From assembly GCA_965204735.1 (NCBI GenBank), contig OZ242008.1, positions 320,001 through 384,000 of the forward strand: a DNA stretch of 64,000 bases. The letters run 5' to 3'. Positions 19,935 to 28,173 of the stretch are shown here, piece after piece. This stretch comes from Longimicrobiales bacterium (lineage in GTDB: Bacteria > Gemmatimonadota > Gemmatimonadetes > Longimicrobiales > Gaopeijiaceae). A program made the translations under genes and the position numbers. Each line of letters begins with the position of its first letter. Within the stretch, counting starts at the first letter, position 1. The notes under the pieces were generated by a model, which did no database searches, was not told the origin of the DNA, and saw only the letters and a list, made by a program, of their open reading frames with translations.

Positions 19935-20207
19935 TCACTCCCCGCCGGGGTTCCCGAAGCCCTCGATCACCCGCTTGTGCTCCTCCCACTCGGGCTCGGC
20001 GTCCTCTCCTTCCGTGGCGTCGCACTCGGCGAAGAAGCGCTGCAGATCGGATGCCGTGCGGAGGCGGTGCCGGGCGCGGGAAGCGACGTACTTCTCCTCG
20101 GCCGCCTCTCTGATCCAGGCGCCCAGGGACTTTTCTTCCCGAGCCGCCTGCTCCCGCCAGCGCGCCTTGTCGCCGGGGTCCGCCAGGACTTGGATTCTGG
20201 CGCTCAT
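19935..20207 (-). CDS. antitoxin (RHH/CopG-like)
   Basis: 90 aa gene 1 bp upstream of vapC; strand-helix-helix pattern RIQVL...SLGAWIREAA and an acidic tail. Confidence 0.78.
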   Translation of the reverse strand: MSARIQVLADPGDKARWREQAAREEKSLGAWIREAAEEKYVASRARHRLRTASDLQRFFAECDATEGEDAEPEWEEHKRVIEGFGNPGGE

Positions 20208-20231
20208 CGGAACGTCTCATGTGCAGGTTGG

Positions 20232-20261
20232 ATTGTCATGATCACTAAAATGGAGCATCAA
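20232..20261 (-). promoter_or_regulatory. putative sigma70 promoter of the TA operon (TTGATG-18-GACAAT)
   Basis: AT-rich stretch upstream of the antitoxin ATG; matched to consensus by eye. Confidence 0.4.
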
Positions 20262-20263
20262 GG

Positions 20264-20279
20264 GCGCCGACGTGCAAGA
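20264..20279. repeat. left 16-bp target-site duplication GCGCCGACGTGCAAGA
   Basis: Identical copy at 22140-22155. Confidence 0.92.
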
Positions 20280-22139
20280 TGTCGTACCAATTTAGAAATG
20301 TCCGGTCTTACCAAGATAGAAATGTCCTCTTTCGGGCGATGTTCGGCGGGAGTCGAACTCGTGCCCGGGAGAGGAGCGAATGGAGTTGAGCTTGAAGGAG
20401 CGGGACCGGATCTCGGTGTTGAGGCAGGTGAGCGAAGGCGTGCTGGCGGCGGCCGACGGCGCGGCGCGCTTCGGGGTGACGGAGCGTCACTTCCGGCGCG
20501 TGCGCCGCCGGTTCGAGGCGGCGGGCGACGAGGTGGTCGTGCACGGGCTCCGGGGTCGGAGGTCGAACCGGTCGCTGCCGTCGGAGACGCGGGAGCAGGT
20601 GCTGGTCATGGCCAGGGACCCCGACTACGCCGACTTCGGCGCCACGTTTCTGGCGGAGCATGTCGAGCGGGAGCTGGGCGTGCGCGTCAGCGCGGAGACG
20701 CTGCGGGCATGGCGGAAGGGCGCGGGCTTGTGGCAGCGCAAGCGCAAGCGGGCGAAGCACCGGCGCCGACGTCCGCGTCGCGCCGCGCGGGGCGAGCTGC
20801 TCCAGTGGGACAGCTCGGTTCACGCCTGGCTTGAAGACCGGGGGCCGCCCGACCTCGTGCTGATCGCGCTGCACGACGACGCGACGAGCGGGTTCATGCA
20901 CGGTCGCTTCGTCGAGCGCGACACGGGCGCCGCGAATCGGCGAGCGATCGTCGAGTGCCTCGAACGCCACGGCCGTCCGAGGGCGGTGTACGTGGACCAC
21001 GCGGGCCACTTCGGGCAGCGCCTCGGCCCGGAGGGCAAGCGGACCCGGACGATCATCGGCACGGCGCTGGAGAAGCTGGGCGTCGAGGTGGTCCTGGCGA
21101 ACTCGCCGCAGGCGAAGGGCCGGGTCGAGCGGACGTTCGGCACGGCGCAGGACCGGCTGGTCAAAGAGATGCGCTTGGCGCGAGTCACCACGCTCGAGGC
21201 GGCGAACCGCTACTTGGAGGAGCGGTGGGTTCCGTTCTGGAACGAACGCTTCACGGTGGCGCCGGCCGATCCCCTCGACGCCCATCGCCCGCTGCCTCAG
21301 GACATCGATCTGGAAGCCCTCTTCGCCGAGACGGACACGCGGGTCGTGGCCCGCGACTTCACCGTGCGCTTCGAGAACCGCTTCTGGCAGGTCACGGCCC
21401 GCGACGCCGAGGCGGCCGGCGTCGCGCCGGGCTCCCCCGTCGTCGTCGAACGGCGTCTCTCGGGCGAGCTGCGCTTCCGGCATCGCGGCTGCTACCTGAC
21501 GCCCAAGGCCTTGGGGGCGGTCCGGTCGGCGACGCCCAAGCCGGCGCCGGCGCCCGCGACGGCCAAGCCCAGGCCCAAGCCGCCGAAGCCGGGAAGGGAT
21601 CACCCGTGGCGCAAGCACTTCAGCGCCAGCGTGGCCCAGGCCGTGGCCAAGCGGGAACACCGCGCCGCCCACTCCAACGGGACCGGTCCCGAGCGGTGCA
21701 GGACCTCGTCCTGAGCCTGCAGGCGGGGACGGCAGCTCGCACTCCCCTTCCCGCAAAGGTCGGACGCGACCGCAGTGTCGGCATCCGTGCCTCCGAGGCT
21801 TGCCGGCGCTGCGCAGGTCGCTCGGCGCACCACGACCGTCCGAGCTGGCAGGCTCAGTGCGAACTGCGAGCCATCGGGGCAGCAGTGTCCGGACCCGTCC
21901 GCGTTGGCGTCCACCCGGCCAGAGCTTGGCCACGGCGACGACCTCGACTCGCCCGGCCGCCACTGGCCTTGAAGCGCCTGGAACAGGGCGCCCGGCGCCG
22001 TCCAGCCCAGGCTTGCTGGATCCGCGTGTCCTGCGCCCGACACCTGGCCCCCGGCCTCAGGAAGAACCCACCGTCCACACCATCAGGGGGGACATTTCTA
22101 CTTTGGCCAACTACCGGACATTTCTACTTTGGCTTGACA
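20280..22139 (+). mobile_element. complete insertion sequence, IS1202 family (ISNCY), 1860 bp
   Basis: TGT...ACA termini; imperfect inverted repeats, each containing two TAGAAATGTCC motifs; flanking 16-bp direct repeats; DDE transposase inside. Confidence 0.9.
20380..21714 (+). CDS. DDE transposase (IS1202/ISNCY type)
   Basis: N-terminal HTH, HGLRGRRSN, LLQWDSS, LHDDAT, VYVDHAGHF and SPQAKGRVER motifs; C-terminal DHPWR. Confidence 0.95.
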   Translation: MELSLKERDRISVLRQVSEGVLAAADGAARFGVTERHFRRVRRRFEAAGDEVVVHGLRGRRSNRSLPSETREQVLVMARDPDYADFGATFLAEHVERELGVRVSAETLRAWRKGAGLWQRKRKRAKHRRRRPRRAARGELLQWDSSVHAWLEDRGPPDLVLIALHDDATSGFMHGRFVERDTGAANRRAIVECLERHGRPRAVYVDHAGHFGQRLGPEGKRTRTIIGTALEKLGVEVVLANSPQAKGRVERTFGTAQDRLVKEMRLARVTTLEAANRYLEERWVPFWNERFTVAPADPLDAHRPLPQDIDLEALFAETDTRVVARDFTVRFENRFWQVTARDAEAAGVAPGSPVVVERRLSGELRFRHRGCYLTPKALGAVRSATPKPAPAPATAKPRPKPPKPGRDHPWRKHFSASVAQAVAKREHRAAHSNGTGPERCRTSS

Positions 22140-22155
22140 GCGCCGACGTGCAAGA
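22140..22155. repeat. right 16-bp target-site duplication
   Basis: Identical to 20264-20279. Confidence 0.92.
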
Positions 22156-22157
22156 TG

Positions 22158-22186
22158 TTGCGGGCTCGTCCGGACGCTCCCATAAT
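22158..22186 (+). promoter_or_regulatory. putative sigma70 promoter TTGCGG-17-CATAAT of the symporter
   Basis: Canonical spacing, 70 bp upstream of ATG 22257. Confidence 0.5.
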
Positions 22187-22256
22187 GGGCCGGCAGTCCC
22201 GTTCCTTCCACCCCCAAGCGGCCAAGCGCGCCCACCCCCGTTCCCCGGAGAACCCC

Positions 22257-23513
22257 ATGGAATACAACCCCGACCTTCCCTGGTACCGACGCCTCCACTG
22301 GCAGGTGGCCGCGGCCATGGTCACCGGCGTCCTGGTCGGCGCGTTGGGCGGCGAAGGAGCCGCCAACGCCCTGGGCTGGATGGGCGATCTCTTCATGCGC
22401 CTCCTGCGGATGATCATCGTTCCGCTGGTGCTCACGTCGATCGTCTCGGGCGTGGCGTCCGTCGGCGGGGGACGGGCGATCGGCCGTCTCTTCAGCAAGA
22501 CCCTGGGCTACTACGTCACTTCCAGCCTGCTGGCGGCGTGCGTGGGCGTCCTCATGTTCAACATCTGGCGCCCGGGCCGGGGCGCGGACCTGAGCACGGC
22601 CGTCCAGGACGAGCTGCCGCAGCTGGACACGCCCAGCGGACTCGACCTGCTGCTGAACGTCGTCCCGCGCAACTTCGTCGACGCGATGGCCTCGGCCGAC
22701 ATGCTGGCGATCATCTTCTTCTGCATCGTCTTCGGCGCCGCCATCACGACGTTGCCCGACAAGCCGCGCACGTTGGTCACCGACATCTTCGAATCCTTCT
22801 TCAAGGTGATGATGAACCTCACCTCGGGGATCATCAAGTTCCTTCCGATCGGCGTGTTCGCGCTGATCACGCGGATGGTCGGCAGCACCGGTTTCGAAGC
22901 CTTCACGCCGCTCCTCAAGTACGTGGGCACGCTGGGCTCGGGCCTGGCGATCCACTTCCTGGTCACGCTGCCGCTCCTGCTGATGTTTGTGGGCCGGATC
23001 AACCCGTGGATACACCTGCGCAACATGCGGAACGCGCTGCTCACGGCGTTCTCCACGAGTTCGTCCGCGGCGACTCTTCCCGTGACGATCAACGCGGTCC
23101 GCAAGCGGGTGGGCGTGTCGAACAAGGTGTCGTCGTTCGTTCTGCCGATGGGCGCCACGGTGAACATGGACGGCACTGCGGTCTTCGAGTGCATCGGCGC
23201 CCTGTTCATCGCCCAGGTGCTGGGGATCGAGATCACCATCACACAGCAGCTCCTGGTTGTCGCCACGGCGCTGCTCGCATCGATCGGCGCGGCCGCCGTG
23301 CCGTCCGCCGGCCTGGTGATCATCTTCATCGTGCTGGACGTGATCGGCCTGGGCGACAACGCAAACGCCGTGGCCATCGTGGGCATGATGCTCGCCATCG
23401 ACCGGCCCCTGGACATGTGCCGCACCGCCGTCAACGTCTACAGCGACTCCTGCGGCGCCGCGATCATCGCCCGCTCGGAAGGCGAGGAGGACGTGGACAA
23501 TGAGGTTCGGTAA
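22257..23513 (+). CDS. dicarboxylate/amino acid:cation symporter (DAACS/GltP family)
   Basis: FMRLLRMIIVPLV, AFSTSSSAATLP, LPMGATVNMDGT and DMCRTAVNV motifs. Confidence 0.95.
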   Translation: MEYNPDLPWYRRLHWQVAAAMVTGVLVGALGGEGAANALGWMGDLFMRLLRMIIVPLVLTSIVSGVASVGGGRAIGRLFSKTLGYYVTSSLLAACVGVLMFNIWRPGRGADLSTAVQDELPQLDTPSGLDLLLNVVPRNFVDAMASADMLAIIFFCIVFGAAITTLPDKPRTLVTDIFESFFKVMMNLTSGIIKFLPIGVFALITRMVGSTGFEAFTPLLKYVGTLGSGLAIHFLVTLPLLLMFVGRINPWIHLRNMRNALLTAFSTSSSAATLPVTINAVRKRVGVSNKVSSFVLPMGATVNMDGTAVFECIGALFIAQVLGIEITITQQLLVVATALLASIGAAAVPSAGLVIIFIVLDVIGLGDNANAVAIVGMMLAIDRPLDMCRTAVNVYSDSCGAAIIARSEGEEDVDNEVR

Positions 23514-23611
23514 GGGCGAATAGCCCCGGACGTGCACCGAGGTCGAGGACGTGGCCCGATGAGTGCCGGCGGCATCTCCGCCGGTGGACTTCATCGAAGA
23601 GGATCAGCAGC

Positions 23612-24586
23612 ATGGCAGGAATGACAAGAGCGGAGAATTGGGCGTGGCTCTGGTGGACCATGCTCGGGTTGGTCGTCGTGGTCGCCGTCGTGGCGAACAT
23701 GGCGGGCAAGCCCCTTGCGTCTCGGGCGGCGGGAGCGCCGACGGGCGAGCGGGGAACGGCCGTGGTCGACTCGGTGCTGAAGGCCGAGCGTCCGGCGGAG
23801 CTGCGGACCACGCCGTGGCACTGGCGCGAGGACGGCGACGCCCGGTACGGCGACAGGGGAGCCATCAGACGCGGCGGCGTGGCTTGGACCAGCGCAACGT
23901 CGCGCGAGGCTGGGGGGCCGTGGCAGGATCGCAGGCTTTCGCTTTCGTGCGGCTGGGAGGGGGAGGACGGCTCGGGGCCAATGTACTCGCTCAAGTTCCA
24001 CTACCCCGGCGTCCAGAAGATCGAGGTCGGCGACGGACGTGGGGCAACTTCGATTCGCGCATCCGTTGACGGCTTGCCCCTGCCGCCGGGGAAGCAAAAC
24101 AGCTTCGGGGCGGCGGGCAACGCATACACGTTTGACGGATACGCCAAAACGGACGTGCCGCTGGGCGTCCGTGGTCCGCTCATGGCCGGCGACGCGGTGC
24201 GGGTCGAGCATGTCGACGCCGCGGGCAACGTGCTGGACGCGGGGACGTTCGCCTTGCGAGGATCGGCGGCGGCGCTTTCGGATGCGGGGCTTGGCGCGTG
24301 CTCGTGGGCGAAGGCGGAGCGGTTGCGGGCGAAGGCGGATCGGCGTGATGCGGACCGCCTGGCGGCGGAGCAGGCCAGGCGCAAGCGCTTGGCGAACCCG
24401 TGCACGTCTGGGGCTCGGTTCGAGAAGATCTTCCTGGTCGGCTGGCTTTATCAACCCAGCCCCGGCGCAGACTGGGTGTCGGTTCGAGATATGTTCCCAG
24501 ACGACTACAACAAGATCACTCGGCAGCTCGAGTGGCTTGGCGCGGGCGACCCGGTGCTCTACAAAGACATTCCGGGGCTTTGCTGA
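23612..24586 (+). CDS. hypothetical protein with N-terminal TM/signal
   Basis: 324-aa ORF with a hydrophobic N-terminus and protein-like composition; no family recognised. Confidence 0.6.
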   Translation: MAGMTRAENWAWLWWTMLGLVVVVAVVANMAGKPLASRAAGAPTGERGTAVVDSVLKAERPAELRTTPWHWREDGDARYGDRGAIRRGGVAWTSATSREAGGPWQDRRLSLSCGWEGEDGSGPMYSLKFHYPGVQKIEVGDGRGATSIRASVDGLPLPPGKQNSFGAAGNAYTFDGYAKTDVPLGVRGPLMAGDAVRVEHVDAAGNVLDAGTFALRGSAAALSDAGLGACSWAKAERLRAKADRRDADRLAAEQARRKRLANPCTSGARFEKIFLVGWLYQPSPGADWVSVRDMFPDDYNKITRQLEWLGAGDPVLYKDIPGLC

Positions 24587-24861
24587 CGAACGTTGCGAGG
24601 CGTCTGCTGGCCGCGGGGGCTCTGGCCCTCGTCGCTGGCGGGTGCGAGGGGCGGCTGCAGACGGTGACGAATCGCGACGAGTTCGAGAACCCGCCCGTGC
24701 GGGTGGCTGTCCCCCTCGTCGGCAAGGTGGCCCGTGGGTGGACAGCCTGCCCGTCGGTTTCGCCCGGGTGGGGGAGCACAGTTGCATCGGCTGCAACGTC
24801 ACACAGAGGGCGGTCGCTCATCGCGCACTGGCGCGACACAATGCCGGAGGAGGAACGGTGA
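24580..24861 (+). CDS. small putative lipoprotein
   Basis: TTG start overlapping the upstream stop; RRLLAAGALALVAGGC lipobox-like signal. Confidence 0.4.
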   Translation: MLTNVARRLLAAGALALVAGGCEGRLQTVTNRDEFENPPVRVAVPLVGKVARGWTACPSVSPGWGSTVASAATSHRGRSLIAHWRDTMPEEER

Positions 24862-24874
24862 AGTGGTGCTGGCC

Positions 24875-25036
24875 GTGACCTGGCCGGCCGTGGTCCTCTG
24901 GCCCAGGTGCGGGTCCTGCGAGGCCGTCCTGCGCGACTGCTCCCACTGCGGCGAGGAAGTGTGCGAGCACTGCTCGGAGGGCGAGTGCCCGGAGTGCCTC
25001 GATCCGCTGGACATGGCCGAGGACTGGCCCGGCTGA
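24875..25036 (+). CDS. small Cys-rich zinc-finger protein (4 x CxxC)
   Basis: CGSC, CSHC, CEHC and CPEC within about 30 aa; start uncertain. Confidence 0.5.
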   Translation: MTWPAVVLWPRCGSCEAVLRDCSHCGEEVCEHCSEGECPECLDPLDMAEDWPG

Positions 25037-25278
25037 TGGCGGACGCGCAGACGACGCGCAACGGCGCGCCACCTACGGCGAGTGGGGCGGTGAGCCCCCA
25101 CCGCCCACCCCGAGCAGCCCGCCCGGCCCGGCTCCGGCGCGACTCTCTGGCTGGGAGTGCATCCGCCTGGGCTTCTTCGCGGCGCTGGGCTTCGCCTTTG
25201 CTGGCATCGTCCTGGCGGCCGTGGTGGGCGTCGTGTCCATCCTGGCGGGCTGGGGCGTCCTAGCCTGGATATTCTAGC
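25036..25278 (+). pseudogene. probable frameshifted small membrane protein
   Basis: ATG at 25036, but the TM-like segment GWECIRLGFFAALGFAFAGIVLAAVVGVVSILAGWGVLAWIF* lies in another frame that lacks a start. Confidence 0.35.
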
Positions 25279-25344
25279 CCGGACGCGGCGCTGGGACGCC
25301 TGCCGGGCTTCGGGGTGCCGGGTGGACCATCGGCCCCGCCCGGT

Positions 25345-25510
25345 GCCCGTCGAAGCGCGCACCGTGGGGCTGCTGGACTCGGCGCAGGCGACGAGGTAGG
25401 CGGCGACTTGGGTGGGCGCGGCGAGCATCGAGGGGAAGCCGCGTTCGTCGGCCCACGCGGCCCACTGCTTCCACTGGGACGAGTAGGCCCGGCGGCGAGA
25501 ACTCGGCCCT
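25345..25510 (-). pseudogene. tyrosine recombinase/integrase N-terminal (SAM-like) relic
   Basis: SRRRAYSSQWKQWAAWADERGFPSMLAAPTQVAAYLVACAES matches the Cre-like core-binding pattern. No start codon upstream of the motif and no catalytic domain. Confidence 0.65.
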
Positions 25511-25557
25511 GGCGCGAAGGCAAGGAGCCCCGGCCCGTATCCGCGGGCCTGAAACTC

Positions 25558-26409
25558 CTACGATCTGGCCTTCGGAAGTCGCTCCGTCGCCGCAAAGTGA
25601 CTGATTGGGCCGCGTCCTGCGCCCAGACCCGGCGCTTCCGCGATCGCCCGGCGAACCCACGCGACCGCAGCCTCCACCGCCTCGGCGAGCGGGCGGCCCA
25701 GCGCCAGTCCGGCCGCGACCGCCGCGCTCAGCGAGCACCCCGTCCCATGAGTGTGGCGAGTGGGAACACGGCGCCCGCGCAGGACGCGGCTCGACCGACC
25801 GTCCCACAGCATGTCCGCCACTTCGTCGCCGGCGATGTGCCCGCCCTTGACGAGCGCCGCCCCGGCGCCGGCGTCCACCAGCAGCCGCGCGGCCCGCTCC
25901 ATGCCCCCGACGCTAGCGTCCTCGACGCCCGTGAGGACCACGGCCTCGGGCCAGTTGGGGGCGACAAGCGCCGCCTGGGGAAGGAGTTCGTCCCGAACCG
26001 CGGCCACGGCGTCGGGATCGAGCAGGCGGTCTCCGCTGGTGGCGACGATCACCGGATCGAGCACGTAGTCGCCCAGGTCGTGCCTTCGCAGAGCCGTCCC
26101 CACCGCCCGGACCGTCTCGGCGCTGGCGAGCATCCCGGTCTTGACCGCGCGCACGGCGAAGTCGTCGGCGACGCTCCCGATCTGCATCGCGACCACGGAA
26201 GGCGGCACCGCGTGTACCTTCTGGACCCCCAGGGTGTTCTGGGCCGTCACCGCCGTCACCGCGGAGGCGCCGTAGACGCCCCATCGGTGGAAGGTCTTGA
26301 GGTCCGCCTGGATCCCGGCCCCGCCGCCGCTGTCGCTCCCGGCGACGGTGAGCACGACGGGCGGGCGGTCCCCGGCTGGCGACCACGAGGGAGGCGACGA
26401 ACGGCGCAT
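25558..26409 (-). CDS. thiD: hydroxymethylpyrimidine/phosphomethylpyrimidine kinase
   Basis: LTVAGSDSGGGAGIQADLKT, TAQNTLGV, KTGML, LVKGGH and THGTGCSLS motifs. Start uncertain (26409 or 26355). Confidence 0.95.
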   Translation of the reverse strand: MRRSSPPSWSPAGDRPPVVLTVAGSDSGGGAGIQADLKTFHRWGVYGASAVTAVTAQNTLGVQKVHAVPPSVVAMQIGSVADDFAVRAVKTGMLASAETVRAVGTALRRHDLGDYVLDPVIVATSGDRLLDPDAVAAVRDELLPQAALVAPNWPEAVVLTGVEDASVGGMERAARLLVDAGAGAALVKGGHIAGDEVADMLWDGRSSRVLRGRRVPTRHTHGTGCSLSAAVAAGLALGRPLAEAVEAAVAWVRRAIAEAPGLGAGRGPISHFAATERLPKARS

Positions 26410-27313
26410 GATCAGCAAAGCTAAGCGGAGGACGGTCGAGCTGTTGGCTCGAAGCCGCCACCGAGCGCGGAAGCGGATGACGGTGGTGGAAGGTCCGAGA
26501 ACGATCGCGGAGGCGCTGCGCTCGCCGGTGGAGGTCGCGTGGACCGCGATCGGAGAGGAGTACGCGGGAACCCCCGCAGGCTGGGAGATCGCATCCCTCG
26601 GTCGGCAACGGGGCGTGACGACCGTGCTCGCGCCGGACGACCAGGTCCTGGGGATGTGCGCCACCGAGTCGCCCCGCCCCGCGCTGGCCGTCGTCAAGAC
26701 GCCGCCGCTGGAGCCGCGGCCTCTCTTTCCGGGGCGGTACTTGGTCGCCGACGGAGTGCAGGCGCCGGGCAACCTGGGGACCCTTGTGCGGAGCGCCTGG
26801 GCGTTCGGCCTCGACGGAGTCGCGATCGGCCACGGAACCGTGGACCCATGGAACCCCAAGGCAGTCCGGGCTTCGGCCGGAGGAGCCTTCCGCGTCCCTC
26901 TTCTGGGCGTGCCGCCGGGCTTCCCGGCGGAGGGCGAATCGGCGGCGGAGGGCGAATCGGCCACGGAGGCTTCGCCCAGCCTCTTTTACGCCGACCCGGC
27001 GGGCGCCCCCCTGGACGCGACGACGGCCCCGGGGGCGAGCTGGACGTTGGTGGTCGGCAACGAGGCGCGGGGCGTGTCGGAGCGCTGTCGGCGGGTCGGT
27101 CGCGCCGTGGCCGTGCCCCTTGCTTCCGGGGTGGACTCCCTCAACGTGGCGGTGGCCGGGTCGATCCTGATGCACGCCCTCTCGCAGCGGCGAGTCGCGT
27201 CGCCGAGGCGGGCAGGCGCGCCCGTGGATGGGGTTCCTTGCCCGTCTCCGCAAGTCGCGTCGGCGAGGCGGGCAGGCGCGACTTCGTCCCGGGCGTCGGC
27301 GAAGCCGCCGTGA
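26408..27313 (+). CDS. TrmH/SpoU-family RNA methyltransferase
   Basis: MISKAK...VVEG, QAPGNLGTLVRSA, VVGNEARGVS and DSLNVAVAGSI motifs. Confidence 0.92.
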   Translation: MISKAKRRTVELLARSRHRARKRMTVVEGPRTIAEALRSPVEVAWTAIGEEYAGTPAGWEIASLGRQRGVTTVLAPDDQVLGMCATESPRPALAVVKTPPLEPRPLFPGRYLVADGVQAPGNLGTLVRSAWAFGLDGVAIGHGTVDPWNPKAVRASAGGAFRVPLLGVPPGFPAEGESAAEGESATEASPSLFYADPAGAPLDATTAPGASWTLVVGNEARGVSERCRRVGRAVAVPLASGVDSLNVAVAGSILMHALSQRRVASPRRAGAPVDGVPCPSPQVASARRAGATSSRASAKPP

Positions 27314-28080
27314 GCGAAGGCGCCTACGTGGCGGTGGCCGGGGCGCTGGGGCTGTGCGTCGGCTCGTTCCTGAACGTCTGCGTCTTCCGCTGGACGGCGG
27401 GCGAGTCGGCCACCAGCCCCTCGTCGCGTTGCCGAAGCTGCGGCCAGCCCGTCCGCTGGCGCGAGAACGTGCCGGTGGTGGGCTACCTGCTGGTGCGAGG
27501 CAAGTGCCCAAGGTGCGGCGCCCGCGTGAGTCTCCAGTATCCGCTGGCCGAAGCCGCCACGGGGCTGATCTGGGTCGCCGCTGCCCTCCACTGGGGCGTC
27601 CACCCGGAAGCGCTTCGGGGCGCCGTCTTCCTCACCCTCCTCTTGGGGATCGCCCTCGCAGACGCCCGCACCTACCTGATCCCGGACCAGTTCTCCGTGG
27701 GCGGGACGGCCCTTGGCCTGGCTTCGGCGCCTCTTGCCGGCGGGCCGAACGTCATTTCGAGCGCCAGCGGCGCCGTCCTCGGCTTCTGCCTTCTGTGGGG
27801 CGTCGCGTTCGTCGGCAAGCTCGTCTTCAAGAAGCCGGCCATGGGCGGCGGCGACGTGAAGACGATGGCCATGATCGGAGCGTTCCTGGGGCCGGCGGGA
27901 ACGCTGATCGCCCTCTTCGCGGGAGCGCTGGCGGGCGCCGTCGTCTTCGGCCCGGTGTCGCTCCGCTCGGGCAAGCTCGTCCCCTTCGGCGTCTTCCTCG
28001 CCGTGGGAGCGGGCGCGACCTACGCCTGGGGCGATCGGATCGCGGGCTGGTACATGGGCCTGCTCCTCGGGCCGGCTTGA
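27310..28080 (+). CDS. pilD: prepilin peptidase (A24)
   Basis: GSFLNVCVFR, two CxxC motifs, ENVPVVGY, MGGGDVK and VPFGVFL. Confidence 0.93.
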   Translation: MSEGAYVAVAGALGLCVGSFLNVCVFRWTAGESATSPSSRCRSCGQPVRWRENVPVVGYLLVRGKCPRCGARVSLQYPLAEAATGLIWVAAALHWGVHPEALRGAVFLTLLLGIALADARTYLIPDQFSVGGTALGLASAPLAGGPNVISSASGAVLGFCLLWGVAFVGKLVFKKPAMGGGDVKTMAMIGAFLGPAGTLIALFAGALAGAVVFGPVSLRSGKLVPFGVFLAVGAGATYAWGDRIAGWYMGLLLGPA

Positions 28081-28173
28081 CAGGCGCCCGAAGCGCGCCC
28101 GCCCACTCGCGTCACGCCTTACCTTGGTGCTGACCCTTCCGGCCGCTGCTTCCTTCCACCACTTCCCTGCCGC

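Noticed and set aside
22134..22163. IS-created hybrid promoter from the terminal TTGACA
   Set aside because: No acceptable -10 hexamer at 16-18 bp spacing.
20955..23513. 852-aa ORF suggesting a transposase-symporter fusion
   Set aside because: Chance open frame through the IS; the symporter starts at ATG 22257 with its own RBS and promoter candidate.
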